In this document: positions 31,360 to 32,363 of the stretch, in pieces
Position numbering within the stretch: position 1 is the stretch's first letter
Layout: each line of letters starts with the position of its first letter
Source of the DNA: Macrostomum lignano
Lineage: Eukaryota
Assembly (NCBI GenBank): GCA_002269645.1
Contig: NIVC01004886.1
Span: forward strand, 1-32,363
Length of the DNA: 32,363 nt
Direction of reading: 5' to 3'
Made by a program: the position numbers and the translations under genes
The notes under the pieces: model-generated
The model's database searches: none
What the model was told of the DNA's origin: nothing
What the model saw: only the letters and a program-made list of their open reading frames with translations

Positions 31360-32363
31360 ACACCGGAGTAATCACATTGAGAAGATAAAACTGTACAAAG
31401 TTTTGTAAAATGTGTCTAGTTTTATTTTTAAGCCAGGTCATGACATTTTGAAATTTATAGCTTTGATACACAATATTAGCACTTACTTTTATGTGTTGTT
31501 TTGAACTTTTTCCTATAAATGTTGACGCGCGTGTCAGTTTCTATGAAACAGTATTTTTTGACCTGACATTTGTCTACACTCAAACTCATCAGCCTTGTTA
31601 GAAATTTACATAGTAGTAGGGCTGATTAAATAATATCTATCATACTTGACACAGGCCTATTAGTAATTAGTAATCATTAAGGCTGTCTACTGCTATATTC
31701 TAACTACTGCTGCTCGAGGGTGTTTGGTTTCAATTTTTTAAGCTCTATTTGCCATTGCCAGTTAGGTATGATAACTCATCATGCGATGCTCATCAGTGAT
31801 GGGCACGGCTAAATTTATTTTTAGTGCGCTAATTAGTGCTGTCACTAACTGATAGAAGAAAAAAATTAGCAATCGCTAATTAGCGGGCACTATAATTTTC
31901 TACTTTGAATTTAGCATAGGGCCTAATTAGCACTGCTAATTTTGAAATGCACTAAGGGGGGCTAATTAATAAATACATTTAATATAAACTGCTTTTTCAC
32001 ACGTATTTATGTGTTTTTGCACATTTTGAACTCACACGTTTTAAATGAATATAAGCTAATAATGCTATTCCTAATAATATGTATTTATTATCAATCCTAG
32101 GCCTAATAAAAATCCTCAAGCCGCTGAACTGTTAAAGCAACAATTGGTAGAAAGATTTCCTAAATTACAATGCTGTTTGCCTTGAAAAATGTCAAGGGCC
32201 CTTGCTACTGGGGCCATGGCCTTCTTATACTCAAGAAAGAAGATAAGATCATCAGCTTAAAATGGTAGTACAGGTTACGGGATTTTATTAACCCCACTAT
32301 CACCCTGTTGATTGTCTAAATAAGTCTGATTTTATATTGTCTTTTTATTATAGAGATAGAATA

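Noticed and set aside
31794-32110. hAT-like terminus CAGTGATGGGCA
   Set aside because: No matching opposite terminus within the window.

Overview
This window is eukaryotic (animal) genomic DNA, not prokaryotic. It has GC3-rich exons, AT-rich introns and spacers, GT-AG introns, many minisatellites, tRNA-derived SINEs and a TTAGGG-like tract. The style suggests an invertebrate such as the flatworm Macrostomum; that is an inference. Genes reconstructed by hand: (1) a two-exon FoxJ2/3-type forkhead gene on the minus strand; (2) a probable PMF1/Nnf1 kinetochore gene; (3) an intronless RPL24; (4) a three-exon secreted, very basic protein with an IGFBP-like Cys motif and a follistatin/Kazal module (13842-23495); (5) a three-exon ankyrin-repeat + STE-like kinase gene (16072-20946) that appears to sit on the same strand inside intron 1 of gene 4, bracketed by an inverted pair of SINEs; (6) a two-exon eclosion-hormone-like six-Cys neuropeptide precursor on the minus strand; (7) a short ORF with tryptophans in strict heptad register. 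Mobile DNA includes a P-superfamily element with TIRs and an exact 8-bp TSD, a Tc1/mariner-like element with about 125-bp TIRs, two SINE families, and an inverted-repeat-bounded telomere-like array. Many ORF-track entries are artefacts of tandem repeats or antisense GC-rich frames. All splice models are predictions from sequence only.
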